A stretch of DNA of 64,000 nucleotides from Azolla caroliniana (taxonomy: Eukaryota; Plantae; Polypodiophyta): contig JBHGNT010000003.1 of NCBI GenBank assembly GCA_043228905.1, forward strand, positions 2,108,001 to 2,172,000, given 5' to 3'. Below, one piece after another: positions 36,465 to 48,735 of the stretch. How positions within the stretch are numbered: the stretch's first letter is position 1; each line of letters begins with the position of its first letter. The notes beneath the pieces were generated by a model. That model saw only the letters and a program-made list of their open reading frames with translations. It did not search any database and was not told where the DNA came from. The position numbers and the translations under genes were made by a program.

Positions 36465-38420
36465 AATATCCTAATCCTGATCCCTTGTTCTAGTAGAGAC
36501 ACTCCTTGGATGTTAGAATCAAATCTGTTGGATTGATGGCATTGCTAGGTTTAAATATCCTAATCCAGATCCCTTGTTCCAGTAGAAAAGCTCATTGGAT
36601 GATAGAACCAACTCTGTTGGATTGAAGGCATATGAGCTAATTGTAGAATATCATGTGGTATTTTCCTCTAAGATGTCTGTTTGTCTTGTAGCATATGCCA
36701 TTTGATTATGACATATGTTTGTCTTGTACCAATGAATCTAAAAGACACATTCTCACGCGAATAATCTTTAAATCTGTAGCCATGACTTGGCATAGGCATT
36801 CAATAACATCACAACTTAAGGGAAGTTAGATAGATACCTGAACCAAAAATTATAACCTAGATCAAGTCAACAAAATCACAAGGATATGACAACATAAGAG
36901 GTGGATGTTAATGCATGGATTGCCCAACTTTGCTTGCACAAATTTTTTTGATGTTGAACATCCAAATCAATCTTCATTAATACTGTAGGTGAGAGCAATT
37001 CCCCACTGATGCAGAACTTTATAATGTATTATTGTTAGAAAGAAAATTGGAGGTTAGAACTTTGGCTATCCCACGATGTTCCCATTTGAATCTCACAATG
37101 CAATATCTTGAACTCCAATAATAAGAGTATGCCATTAATTTAGGACATAAATTTTGAACGTGGTAGCATATCATCATTATGTTGCCATGTGTTGTATGCC
37201 TAACATCTAAAACAATATCTTTGAGAAATAGGCGTGAGAATTTTAAAAATAATGAAGTAGGAGCTTCTTGATGCATTTTTGTTTCAAGAGCAATGGGAAC
37301 CTGGTGTATAAAATCTTGATTCCATTATATCAGTGTAAAACTTCCTAGTTAATGGTAAAAGAAATCAACCTTTCATTCATAGGTGAGCACCTTGACCATA
37401 CATATGTTTCCTTCCATGATACATCTATTAATGCTAACAACGCGATGAACAAAGTAATCCCAGCGGACCCCATGATTTTGGCAAGCCAAGAACTCCTAGC
37501 CTTCCCATGGAGGATGCAAATTACCTTTTTGTAAAGTCTCATATATCCATCAATGATAAAACTCGAATTATGATAACAATACCATATCATGATCACCATC
37601 TCATAGTAGACCCACCCGATCACAACATATTTGTCTTTATAACATATCCCCTAGTTTTAGTATTCCTTGGCATAAGGTTGACTAATATCATATTTGGTTC
37701 TACTGTCTACACACATCTCTCTACCTCGCTACCTACTTATAAGCTACTTACCTACTCATAAAGAGTTAGTTACACTTTATTATTGTCCTTGCAAATATGA
37801 CCTAGGGTATCATCTCAAATAAAGTGAAACCATAAAGTAAACCTTTTGCATATTTCAACGTTTTCCCCTTTGTTTTCCGGTTATACTTGATCCATGGGGT
37901 GCCATACACCTCATATACACCTCCAATCTCTAAAAACCCAATAGATACCAATGAATGGTTCATGAATCATCAACATCATATCTCAGAACTAAATACTACT
38001 TAGATTAGGAGTCTTCCATTCCCTAGTGTGTTCTGCCAAGAAAGTAAAGTACCAAAGTTTGTGTCAACAAGAAGAAGAAAATGATGATGATGATGATGAA
38101 GAAGAAAATGATGATGATGATAGAGACAGGGCCAAAACTTGAGACAACTCCAATCTCTAAAAACTGAATAAATACCAATGAATGGTTCATGAATCATCAA
38201 CATCATATCTCAGAACTAAATTCTACTTAGATTAGGAGTCTTTCATCCCCTAGTGTATTGTGCCAAGAAAGTAAAGTACTAAAGTTTGTGTCAACAACAA
38301 GGGAAGAAGAAGAAGAAGAAGAAGAAGATGATGATGATGACTCATAAGGCCTCCCATGGGAAACAAATGGCACAACATCTACATCCATATTATCCCATCC
38401 CTACAATCCATAACTTCCCC
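35494..38420 (+). repeat. ~2.9-kb segmental duplication of 25350-28260
   Basis: Near-identical gene and intergenic sequence; the ORF track repeats (26875/37019, 27354/37507). Confidence 0.95.
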
Positions 38421-38882
38421 ATTGAGCAACCTCATCAAACCAACCTCAACATAGAAGAATGGAAAAACTACATGAAGGTAGAGATCGAGAAGGTCGAACA
38501 CAAATCTACGTTCGAAAAACATAAACTGATCGGGTTTGTCCCATGTGCACTGTTCGAGGTGAAGCCACAATCATATTGCCCGCGGATCCTGACCATCGGT
38601 CCTTTGTATCAAAACCTTGAGCCTTCCCCAATTGATAGATGCAAAGCCCTTTGCGTGAAGGAATTCATGGAAAGGCATAAGATGTGGGATCTCGAAACGC
38701 TCATGAAAGATGTTATCCACGAGCCTCCGGAACTTAGGGACATCTATTTCGGCCTTAGCCCGGCTTACAACTTCGATTCCCTGAGACTTCTGGTCACTAT
38801 TGATACCCTCTTCATTCACGAATTCTTGCTGTTTATGAGCAAGGATTGGCCTGACTCCAAAGATAAGGAGAAGAAGAGTGGG
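38328..38882 (+). pseudogene. DUF247 copy 7, 5' part, broken at ...KDKEKKSG
   Basis: Open frame up to AAGAGTGGGT, then copia RT sequence. Confidence 0.9.
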
Positions 38883-41800
38883 TTCTGGCGGTGGCTGCGG
38901 CAAGGGTGTGGCATCTTCACCAGATGGATGTGAAGAACGCCTTCCTTCAAGGAGAGCTTGAAGAAGAAGTCTTTATGACTCAGCCCACCGGATTTCAATC
39001 GGAGATGAACAAGTCGGCGGTATGCCGACTGAAGAAGTCGCTTTACGGCTTGAAGCAAGCCCCCGAGCCTGGAACTCGAAGATCACGCACCGGTTGTGTA
39101 AGCTGGGGTTTGCTGTCTCTAAGTCAGACTCTTCGTTGTTCATCCGGCAAGGCTCTGACGGTCCGGTATGTATACTCTTGTATGTGGATGATTTAGTCAT
39201 CACCGGACCGGGTATACTCTTGTATGTGGATGATTTAGTCCCGGAACTGCTGTCGGCACACTCATCGTGCCTCCGTTCCTGCTCTTGCCGACTGCCTCCA
39301 TTGCGTGCCGACCCACCTCTTCCACCACGCCCACATTGCCGATCCGTTCCCGTGTACAACATTCGGCTGTCCGGGGATGCACTGGTAGATGCACCGGCGT
39401 GAGCGATTTGGACAGAAAGGGAAGCTGATGAACGTATTACACGTTCCGACAATCACGAAGAACCTGGTGACCGTCGGTCAGATTGTCGACCAGGGGATGC
39501 AGGTGCGGTTTACGCACCTCGGGTGCTTCATTGAGGATGAGGGCGAAGTCATTGCGCAAGGGCGTAGAGACGGGAGGATGTTTATCCTCAACACCAATGA
39601 CTTTGGCACCGCTCTGTTCGCGGTCGAGTCGGACATCGACATGTGGCACAAGCGGATAAACCACGTCAACTACCGGAGGCTTCAAGACCTGCAAACGAAA
39701 CAAGTCGTTTTCAGTTTGCCGAAGTTCAGCGGCCGGAGAGCCGAAATTTGTGAAGCCTGCCAACTTGGGAAGCAACACCGGCTTCCATTCCCCACCGAAT
39801 GGAACCGGAGCCGTAACAAGCTCGATCTCATCCATTCGGATGTGTGGGGACCGACACAAAGTATAAGCCTTGGCAGAAGCCGATACTTCGTCTCCTTCAT
39901 CGACGACTATACTCGACATACTTGGATCTACCTCATTGAGCGGAAGAGCGAAGTCTTCGACTGTTTCCGGAGCCTCCAGAAGATGGTGGAACGGGAATCG
40001 GAGAGGAAGATCAAATGCCTTCGGTTGGATGGCAGGAAGGAATATTTTTCCGGCCAATTCACTAGTTATCTGCAACAGAAGGGAATTCCGCGAGAGTTCA
40101 GCTGCAGATACACACCGGTGCAAAACGGTGTGGCCGAAAGGAAGAACCGGACACTCGTCGAAGCGGCAAGGGCAATGCTAGAGGAGAAGAGCATGCCCCG
40201 GTTCTACTGGGCGGAGGCGGTCCGGACGACCGTCTACATTCAAAACCGCATTGGTGACAAGGTGTCAGCTCATGAGCTGTATTTCGGGCGCAAGCCGAAC
40301 TTAAGACACCTTCGGATATTTGGCAGCATAGCGTATGTGCATGTGTCGGATCAGAAGCGGAGAAAGCTAGATGCAAAATCGGAAAAATGCATCCTAGTTG
40401 GCTATGCTCAAGAGCAAAAAGGGTATAAGTGCTATAACCCCCGGACGAAGGAAGTCCGAGTTAGCCGGGATGTCGAGTTCGATGAATCGGCATCCTGGTA
40501 CTCCGTACCGACTCCGACTTCCGATCCCGACCCAATGTCGAAAGATCAGGCCAGTGGGCCTGAATCAGCCCTGGCAAAGGATGATGAAGCCGGGACTCAA
40601 GATGAGAGTCCGGAATCATTACGGTTGAGTGGACTGAACGAGCGACTGAGTCGGTTGGACCAGTCGGATGAAGAGACGGCAAGTGGTGGAGACTCTGCCG
40701 TGCTCTCCCTGCGCAAGGAACCGAGGAAACGGTTCACGCGCAAAGAGAAGGGGAAGAGGAAGATGCTGGAATTCGAAACCGGCAAGGGGGTGGCATCTTC
40801 ACCAAATGGATGTGAAGAACGCCTTCCTTCAAGGAGAGCTTGAAGAAGAACTCTTTATGACAAAGCCCCCCGGATTTCAATCGGAGATGAACAAGTCGGC
40901 GGTATGCCGACTGAAGAAGTCTCTTTACGGCTTGAAGCAAGCCCCCCAAGCCTGGAACTCGAAGATCACGCACCGGTTACGTAAGCTGGGGTTTGCTGTC
41001 TCTAAGTCAGACTCTTCGTTGTTCATCCGGCCAGGCTCTGACGGTCCGGTATGTATACTCTTGTATGTGGATGATTTAGTCATCACCGGACCGGGTCTTC
41101 CCGAAATCAACCGCGTCAAGTCCCAGTTGTCGGACGCATTCGAAATGAAGGACCTGGGGGACCTTCATTATTTTCTTGGGATCGAAGTGATCCGGACCCC
41201 CGACGACAGATTGCTCTCACAACGACATTACGTGTTGAATATGTTGTATAAATTCGGCATGACGGATTGCCGACCTGTCTCCACACCCCTGGACCGGAAC
41301 CAGAAACTCCGTCCCAACTCCGGACCGGCCTACAATGAGAAACGGTTCCGACAGGTTGTCGGAAGCCTGATCTACTTAACCATCACCCGACCCGACATCA
41401 GCTATCCGGTCGGCATGGTAAGTTAGTTCATGCAGAAGCCGACCGTGGAGCACCTTCAGTGCGCACAACGAATATTACGGTATGTCAGCGGCACTAAGGA
41501 CCGGGGACTGCTATACCGGCGAGGTATACCCGAAGAGCTTGTCGGTTACACAGATGCTGATTGGGCCGGCGATGCGTCTGATCGCCGCTCCACTTCCGGA
41601 TACATGTTCTCCATAGGTAGCGCGGCCGTTGCGTGGAGCAGCAAGAAGCAACCCACCGTGGCTTTGTCAAGCACTGAGGCTGAGTACCGGGCCGTTACTG
41701 TTGCCACTTGTGAAGCCATCTGACTTCGGCGACTGCTGCGAGACTTGCGGATCGAGGTACCGACCCCAATCCCGATTTACTGCGATAACATGAGCAGCCT

Positions 41801-42747
41801 GCAGCTCGCCAGGAACCCTGTGTTCCATGCTCGCACAAAGCACATCGAGGTGCACTACCACTTCGTGCGTGAGCGGGTCCTGAGCGGTGAAGTTGACCTA
41901 CGGTATGTTCATACGGATCGGCAAGTTGCCGACATCTTCACCAAGCCGCTCGGATCGGACAAGTTGCAGCACTTTACCGACATGCTTGGTATTCAGCATC
42001 TCGACGTGCCGCACGGGGAGAAGCAAGGGCAAAGTCTCTACCGAAACGGGCAAAGGCCAAAGAACTGTTGAACCCGTCGGTAAGAGGAGAACCGGAAGAA
42101 GAGGAGAGAAGAAGATGAAGGAAGCCGAGTCGACGAAGGAAGTCGACACATCCGAACAGGTCGGAGCAAGCGACTGTGAAGAAGAGTTGTGCACTCAGGA
42201 AGAGAAGTGCATGCTATGCGGAGGTCATCACGACGGTACTGACCATGATGCGGAGTCGAATGAGGAATTCGATTTCTGTTCACCGGTTGAAGAAGCCGAG
42301 GGAAGCATGGAGAAGGCCAAGACTCGGAAGTGGTCAGATGTGGTGAGAGGCCTGAAGCCGGAAGCCGAATCGGAGTGTACCGATTCGGACAAGAGTTGGA
42401 ACGAGTCGGAGACAGCTGACTCGGACCAACAAATGGATCCGGATGAGTTGAATCGACTGAAGGCCAAGGGGACACGGACACAGCGGAAGTCGATGCCATC
42501 GTGGGAGAACCGACGGATCGGCAAGTGCCGGAGTCACAGCAACGTGAGTGCTGAGATGGGCCTATTGAGCAGACATGCCGACCGAGAGGGTCGAGGCGCG
42601 CAGAACCAAAGGGGTCGCGGCAAACGGGACCGGACCGGACGAGGAGCGCGAGCAAGGCGGAGTGACGCCAGGAGAAGTCGGTTGGAAGAACCGACTTCCA
42701 CAGAGTTCGACACTACGACCGTAGCTCAGGTTGAGCTTGAGGGGGAG
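38883..42747 (+). mobile_element. Rearranged Ty1/copia internal region: RT fragment (38883-39245), inverted gag fragment (~39245-39395), PR-IN (39400-40780), RT-RH (40780-42015), extra 3' region
   Basis: [70 protein letters not shown]; stops at ~41424 and ~41721. Confidence 0.93.
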
Positions 42748-43075
42748 TGTTGAGCGGCAAGGTCAACCGGAGCCGGATCGGCTGAATAAGCCGGAGCCAG
42801 TAAGCGAGACGGATCGGGCGAAACGGATTGGTATTACGGTGAGCAACCGAACCGGCAAGCAGTGGAGGCCGGGTGCAATCCGTAACCGGAAGTCCAATCG
42901 AAAGCCTAGTATAGGATAGACTACTAGGTAGCTATAGTCTCGTAGTAAGTGTCAGATGCTCGTGTGAGCATTGAAGTATATGGTACTTCTGTCAGTCCCA
43001 AGAGGACTTGTATAAATAGTGCTACTTAGCACAATGTGTGTACAAAGTTTTGATATAATTTTGAAATTGTGTTCT

Positions 43076-43122
<47 letters not shown>

Positions 43123-43162
43123 TGTTCTCTGTTTTACGCTTCCGCAAACACTTACGTTCACA
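42748..43162 (+). mobile_element. Copia 3' LTR preceded by a polypurine tract
   Basis: PPT GAGGGGGAG then TGTTGA...TTCACA; TATAAATA at ~43011; (CT)n tract. Confidence 0.8.
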
Positions 43163-43199
43163 AGGTTTGAGAAGCCCAAAACGGTTTAGGCTTAACTTG

Positions 43200-44258
43200 T
43201 TTGACTAAAGTGTTGGTGCATATGACATTCCACATCTGAACCAACCTCTCATGGCTCTCGAGGTGGTTCTCTAATACTTTGGCGTGAGTCAAGATTGCGA
43301 CATCTTCTTGCGTGTCAATGAGTAGGATCATGATTATGGCATACAATCTGAAGTCAAATCTTTCTTGGGAGATTTGTTCATGTGTGATGAGGTTCCTCAA
43401 CACATCCTTTGTGTTGTTACCTTCACAAGCCTTTGAATCGGATGCTGGCTGGAGGTGGACACCGTGATTTTTGCTCCTTTTCAATCCCCGGTTGGAACAT
43501 GTGCCAGGTTTAGAGTGTTCAGTTGTCTTTGGGAGGCAGGTGGTGTACATCTTGCTCTTTTTCCATCCCCATAGTAGAATGTACGTGAGTTGCAAGCTCA
43601 GGCAATCAAGAAGATGCTCTCAGTTAACAAGATTTTTACCTCCATGTGTTGGTCCTGTTTCATTATCCTGCATTTACAGTGAGAAAGACTTTAGTCTCAG
43701 GCTTGCTTCCCTTATATTTCATTATCCTCCCATTCACGAAACCTGCCCATGAGGAATGGATTGTACGAAAGCTTCAAGCATTCCAAGTCCAGATCTTTCT
43801 CTGTGAAGTCAGGAAATTCATTTGGGATATTTATCATTTCCTTTTTCTCTTTCGGGATATTTATAATTTTCTTTAGAAATGACATGGGAATCTGGTTACC
43901 TATCAGCAGCAAGTCCCTCCATATCTGGGATTTCATAATTTCATTGTTGATGAAGGTGTACAAATATCCACTCTTTTAACATCAAGAATTCGTGAATGAA
44001 GATAGTATCAACATTGACCAAAAGTTGAAGGGACTCAACGTTTTAACTTGGATCCGCGAGCAATATGAGTGTGGCTTCACCTCGAACAGTGCCTTGGGGA
44101 CAAACCCGATCACTTTATGTTTTAGGAACGTACATTTGTGTTCAGCCTTAATGTAGTATTTCAATTCTTCTGGCTTAAGGTTTGGTTTGATGAAGTTGTG
44201 CAATAGGAAAGTTATTGATAGTAGGGATAGGATAATATGGATGTAGATGTTGTGCCAT
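43200..44258 (-). pseudogene. DUF247 copy 8, 5'/central part, inverted
   Basis: Minus-strand fragments from MAQHLHPY to QMWNVICTNT; ends at an inverted MITE left-end fragment (43163-43197). Confidence 0.88.
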
Positions 44259-45975
44259 TTGTTTCTTTACTTTCTTGACACAATAAAGCAGGGGATGGAA
44301 GACTCCTAATCTGGGTAGCATTCAGTTCTGAGATGTGATGTTGATGATTCATGAGCCATCCATTGGTATTTATTGGGTTTTTAGAGTTTGGAATGGCCTC
44401 ATGTTTTGTCCGTTTATCTACATATGGGGTGTACGGAACCCCATGAATCTAGTATGACAAGAAAACAAAGGGGAAAGCCTTGAAATATCCAAAAGTTTTT
44501 CATTATGGTATCACATTGTTTGAGATGATACCCTCGATCAATCTCTCTCATCCGTCATGTTTGCGACGACAATAATAAATTCTACCTATATCTCAATGAG
44601 AGGTAAATAGCTTGTAAGTAGGTGGCTAGATAGAGGGATGTACGTAGAGCCAAAAATCATGTTAGTCAACCTTATGTGGGATACTAACCCTAGTGCATAT
44701 GTGATAAAGACAAATATGTCATGATCAAGTGGGTCTGCTATGAGATGATGAGATCATGATATGTATTGTTATCATTGATAGTTTTTATGAGACTTTACAA
44801 AAAGGTAACTGGCATCCTCTATGGGAAGGTTAAACTTATGAGTTGTTGGCTTGCCAAAATCATGTGCTTCACTAGGATTACTTTGTTCATCGCATTAATA
44901 GATGTACCATGTAAGTAAACATATCTATGGTCAAGGTGCTCACCTATGAATAAAAAGTTGATTTATTTTGCCATTAAGTAGGAAGTTTTACATTCATATT
45001 ACGGAATCAAGATTTTATACACCAAGTTCTGATGGCTCTTGAAACAAAAATGCATCAAGAAGCTCCTACTGCATAATTTTTAAAATCCTAATGCTTATTT
45101 CTCAACAATTGTTGTTTTTTATGTTGCGAACATCGTGTAATTTATTTAAATGGTCGATGCATCTTTTCAGATATAGTGTAGAATACAGGCAGCATTATGA
45201 TGATATGTGACTATGTTCAAAATTAATGTCATATTCTTATTATTGTACTACAAGATATTGCATTGTGAGCTTCAGATGGAACACATCGTGGGATAGCCAA
45301 ATTTCTAACCTCAAATTGTTCTCACCTACAAGATTAATGAAGGTTGATTTGGATGTTCAACATCAACTTTTGTGTGCAATCATGCCTAAAAGTTCTAATA
45401 AATATCATCGTGGAGACTATTAAGCAATGCATACATTAATGTTCATCTCTATTGTGGTCATCTCCTTGTCATTTTCTATACTTGACCTAGGTTATAATTT
45501 TTAGTTGAAGTATCTATCTAACATCCAGTAAGTTGGGATGTTATTGAATGTCTATGCCATGTTATTGCTACAAAAAATATTTTTCACGTGATAATATGTC
45601 TTTTAGGTTCATTGGTAAGGCATGACTAATCATTAAGAATAATAATGTGATGATGAATTAAAAACAACAGTGTTTTTCATAATCAAATGACATAAGCTAT
45701 AAGGTAAATATACATCTACTCAAAGAAGGATATATTAATGTCTTCTAAGAGCAAATTTGGCCCATTAGACAATTGGTTACAAGAAAATGGGATGTGTACC
45801 CAATCATCGAAAAGAAAAAGAAAAAGAAAATTACAATAAACATGGATAAAAGAATTCTAGAATAAGAGGAAAATTCCACATAATATTGTACTATGAGCTT
45901 CTCCATATGCAAGAGATTTGGTTCTAATATCCAATGAGCTTCTCCATTGGAACAGGGGATTAGGATTAGGAGATT

Positions 45976-46896
45976 TCAATAAAAACCTATCAATGTATAG
46001 ATTGTCTGCAATAATGCAAGGATGAGAAGTATCATCGCAGCAAAGGCTGACATCCATAACCATGGCCGAGAGAAAAACTGTGCACGAAACTGCACATACA
46101 AGACACGCCAATGCATCCTATAGTGTTCCATGATCTCGTTGATCATTCCTTTAAATTTCTCTGGATTCGATCCCTCCGAGGTGTTGATGCACATGTCATT
46201 CCACATCTGGACTAACCTCTCGTCGCTCCCCAGGTGGTTCTCTAATAGTTTGGCCCGAGTCAAGATGGTGACATCTTCTTGCGTGTCGATGAGTGAGTCC
46301 ATGATCATGGCATATCCACAAACCTCACCTCCTTCTTTGGAGGTTTGTTCATGTGCAATGAGGTTCCTCAAGATATCCTCTGTGCCATCATACACAACAA
46401 GCCGTGGAAGATCGAGTCGACTTTTTCGGTCGTGGTACTTGATCACCGATGTGTTACCTTCGCGAGCTTTGAATCGGATGCCAGCTTTAATGAGCTCAGA
46501 TGCCGGCTGGAGGCGGCCACCGTGATTGTTGCTCTTTTTTGATCCCCAGTTGAAACAGGTGCCAGGTTTAGAGTGTCCAGGTTTCTTGGGGAGGCAATCA
46601 GTGTACATCTTGCTCTTTTTCCATCCCCTTTGTAAAATCTCCGGACGTTGCAAGCATCTACTTCCATTCGTAGATTTTCGCGGCTCCATAGGTTGTGTGC
46701 ACGAAACATATAGGCAATCGAGTAGATGCTCAGAGTTAAGAAGATTTTTGTCCCCTTGCGTCCGCTTTGCTTGCTTGTATTTTGTTTCATTATCTCCTTG
46801 CTTCCCTTGTGTATTATTATCCTCCGATTTAAACCTGCCCATGAGAAATGGATCGTTTGCCGAAACAAAATATTTCAAGCATTTCAGGAGTTCATT
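45976..46896 (-). pseudogene. DUF247 3' part (probably of copy 7), inverted, open for ~300 codons
   Basis: ELLKCLKYFVSANDPF...PWLWMSAFAAMILLILALLQTIYTLIGFY*; 5' end fused to copia RH. Confidence 0.88.
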
Positions 46897-48015
46897 CGCT
46901 CACGCACGAAGTGGTAGTGCACCTCGATGTGCTTTGTGCGAGCATGGAACACAGGGTTCCTGGCGAGCTGCAGGCTGCTCATGTTATCGTAGTAAATCGG
47001 GATTGGGGTCGGTGCCTCGATCCGCAAGTCTCGCAGCAGTCGCCGAAGCCAGATGGCTTCACAAGTGGCAACAGTAGCGGCCCGGTACTCAGCCTCAGTG
47101 CTTCACAAAGCCACTGTGGGCTGCTTCTTGCAGCTCCACGCAACGGCCGCGCTACCTATGGAGAACATGTATCCAGAAGTGGAGCGGTGATCAGACGCAT
47201 CTCCGGCCCAGTCAGCATCTGTGTAACCGACAAGCTCTTTGGGTATACCTCGCCGGTATAGCAGTCCCCGGTCCTTAGTGCCGCTGACATGCCGTAATAT
47301 TCGTTGCGCGCACTGAAGGTGCTCCACGGTCGGCTTCTGCATGAACTAACTTACCATGCCGACCGGATAGCTGATGTCGGGTCGGGTGATGGTTAAGTAG
47401 ATCAGTCTTCCGACAACCTGTCAGAACCGTTTCTCATTGCAGGCCGGTCCGGAGTTGGGACAGAATTTCTGGTTCCGGTCCAGGGGTGTGGAGACAGGTT
47501 GGCAATCCGTCATGCCGAACTTATACAACATATTCAACACGTAATGTCGTTGTGAGAGAAATATGCCGTCGGGGGTCCGGATCACTTCGATCCCAAGAAA
47601 ATAATGAAGGTCCCCCAGGTCCTTCATTTCGAATGCGTCCGACAACTGGGACTTGACACGGTTGATTTCGGGAAGACCCGGTCCGGTGATGACTAAATCA
47701 TCCACATACAAGAGTATACATACCGGACCGTCAGAGCCTGGCCGGATGAACAACGAAGAGTCCGACTTAGAGACAGCAAACCCCAGCTTACGTAACCGGT
47801 GCGTGATCTTCGCGTTCCAAGCTCGGGGGGCTTGCTTCAAGCCGTAAAGCGACTTCTTCAGTCGGCATACCGCCGACTTGTTCATCTCCAAGTGAAATCT
47901 GGGGGCTGAGTCATAAAGACTTCTTCTTCAAGCTCTCCTTGAAGGAAGGCGTTCTTCACATCCATCTGGTGAAGATGCCACCCCCTTGCCGCAGCAACCG
48001 CCAGTACCACACGAG
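46897..48015 (-). mobile_element. Inverted ~1.1-kb duplicate of the copia RT-RH segment
   Basis: Near-identical reverse complement of ~40780-41874 and 38883-39210. Confidence 0.92.
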
Positions 48016-48361
48016 TGATAACACTTTAATCTCTCATGAAGACTGCAATAAAGTAATACGCCAAGAAATATGGCAAATTTACACTCGGTGTAAATGGATC
48101 ACCCCACTAGAGCCACTCCCATCTAAAATGTTGTACTATAAGAAACACTTCATGCACTTCTCTGAGTTAGGTTTTATCACGCGGCCAAAATATCTAGATG
48201 TATTCTTACCACATGCACTAAGGGTTGCCATTGTCATGAGATGGCAAGACTCGAGCCCATGACCTTATGGTATATGGGTCGAGCTCTTAACCATCTCACC
48301 ATCTATTGTAATTCATAGAATATTATTTTCATTTATGTTTTATTATAAGAAAGTAATGTAT

Positions 48362-48423
48362 ATTCCAGATTTCTCTGGAACATTCTAGAAGCTTCAGGAT
48401 TATTCCTGAGAACACTATAAAAG
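48362..48423 (+). promoter_or_regulatory. Heat-shock-element array plus TATA box in the LTR (copy at 53601-53662)
   Basis: Perfect gGAAc-aTTCt-aGAAg-cTTCa at 48377-48396 inside 10 in-phase pentamers; TATAAAAG at 48416. Confidence 0.75.
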
Positions 48424-48668
48424 AAGGCACTAAGCATTATGTTGAACCAAATTGGTTCAACACCAGTCTTAAGCCTCTTAGTCGATTTGTACTTATCTTT
48501 CATATAATATAAGAGCTGCTGTCATCATCCTATTTCCCTCTCTCTCTCTCTCTCCTCTTCTCACTTCCTCTCTCTCGGGAATCTTACGCAGTCCCGTCCT
48601 CTTAGTACTAATAGTACTACTCTTCTTAGTACTAATTCCATCTCTGTTTTAGTACTATTCCTGACAGT

Positions 48669-48681
48669 TTGAACCAATTTG
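48669..48681 (+). other. Self-priming type PBS
   Basis: TTGAACCAATTTG is the exact reverse complement of CAAATTGGTTCAA at 48448-48460; no TGG tRNA-type start. Confidence 0.8.
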
Positions 48682-48735
48682 TCCCTCTAGCCTACTTGTC
48701 ACTCTCCCTCATCCTCCTACCCTTTCCCCTATACT

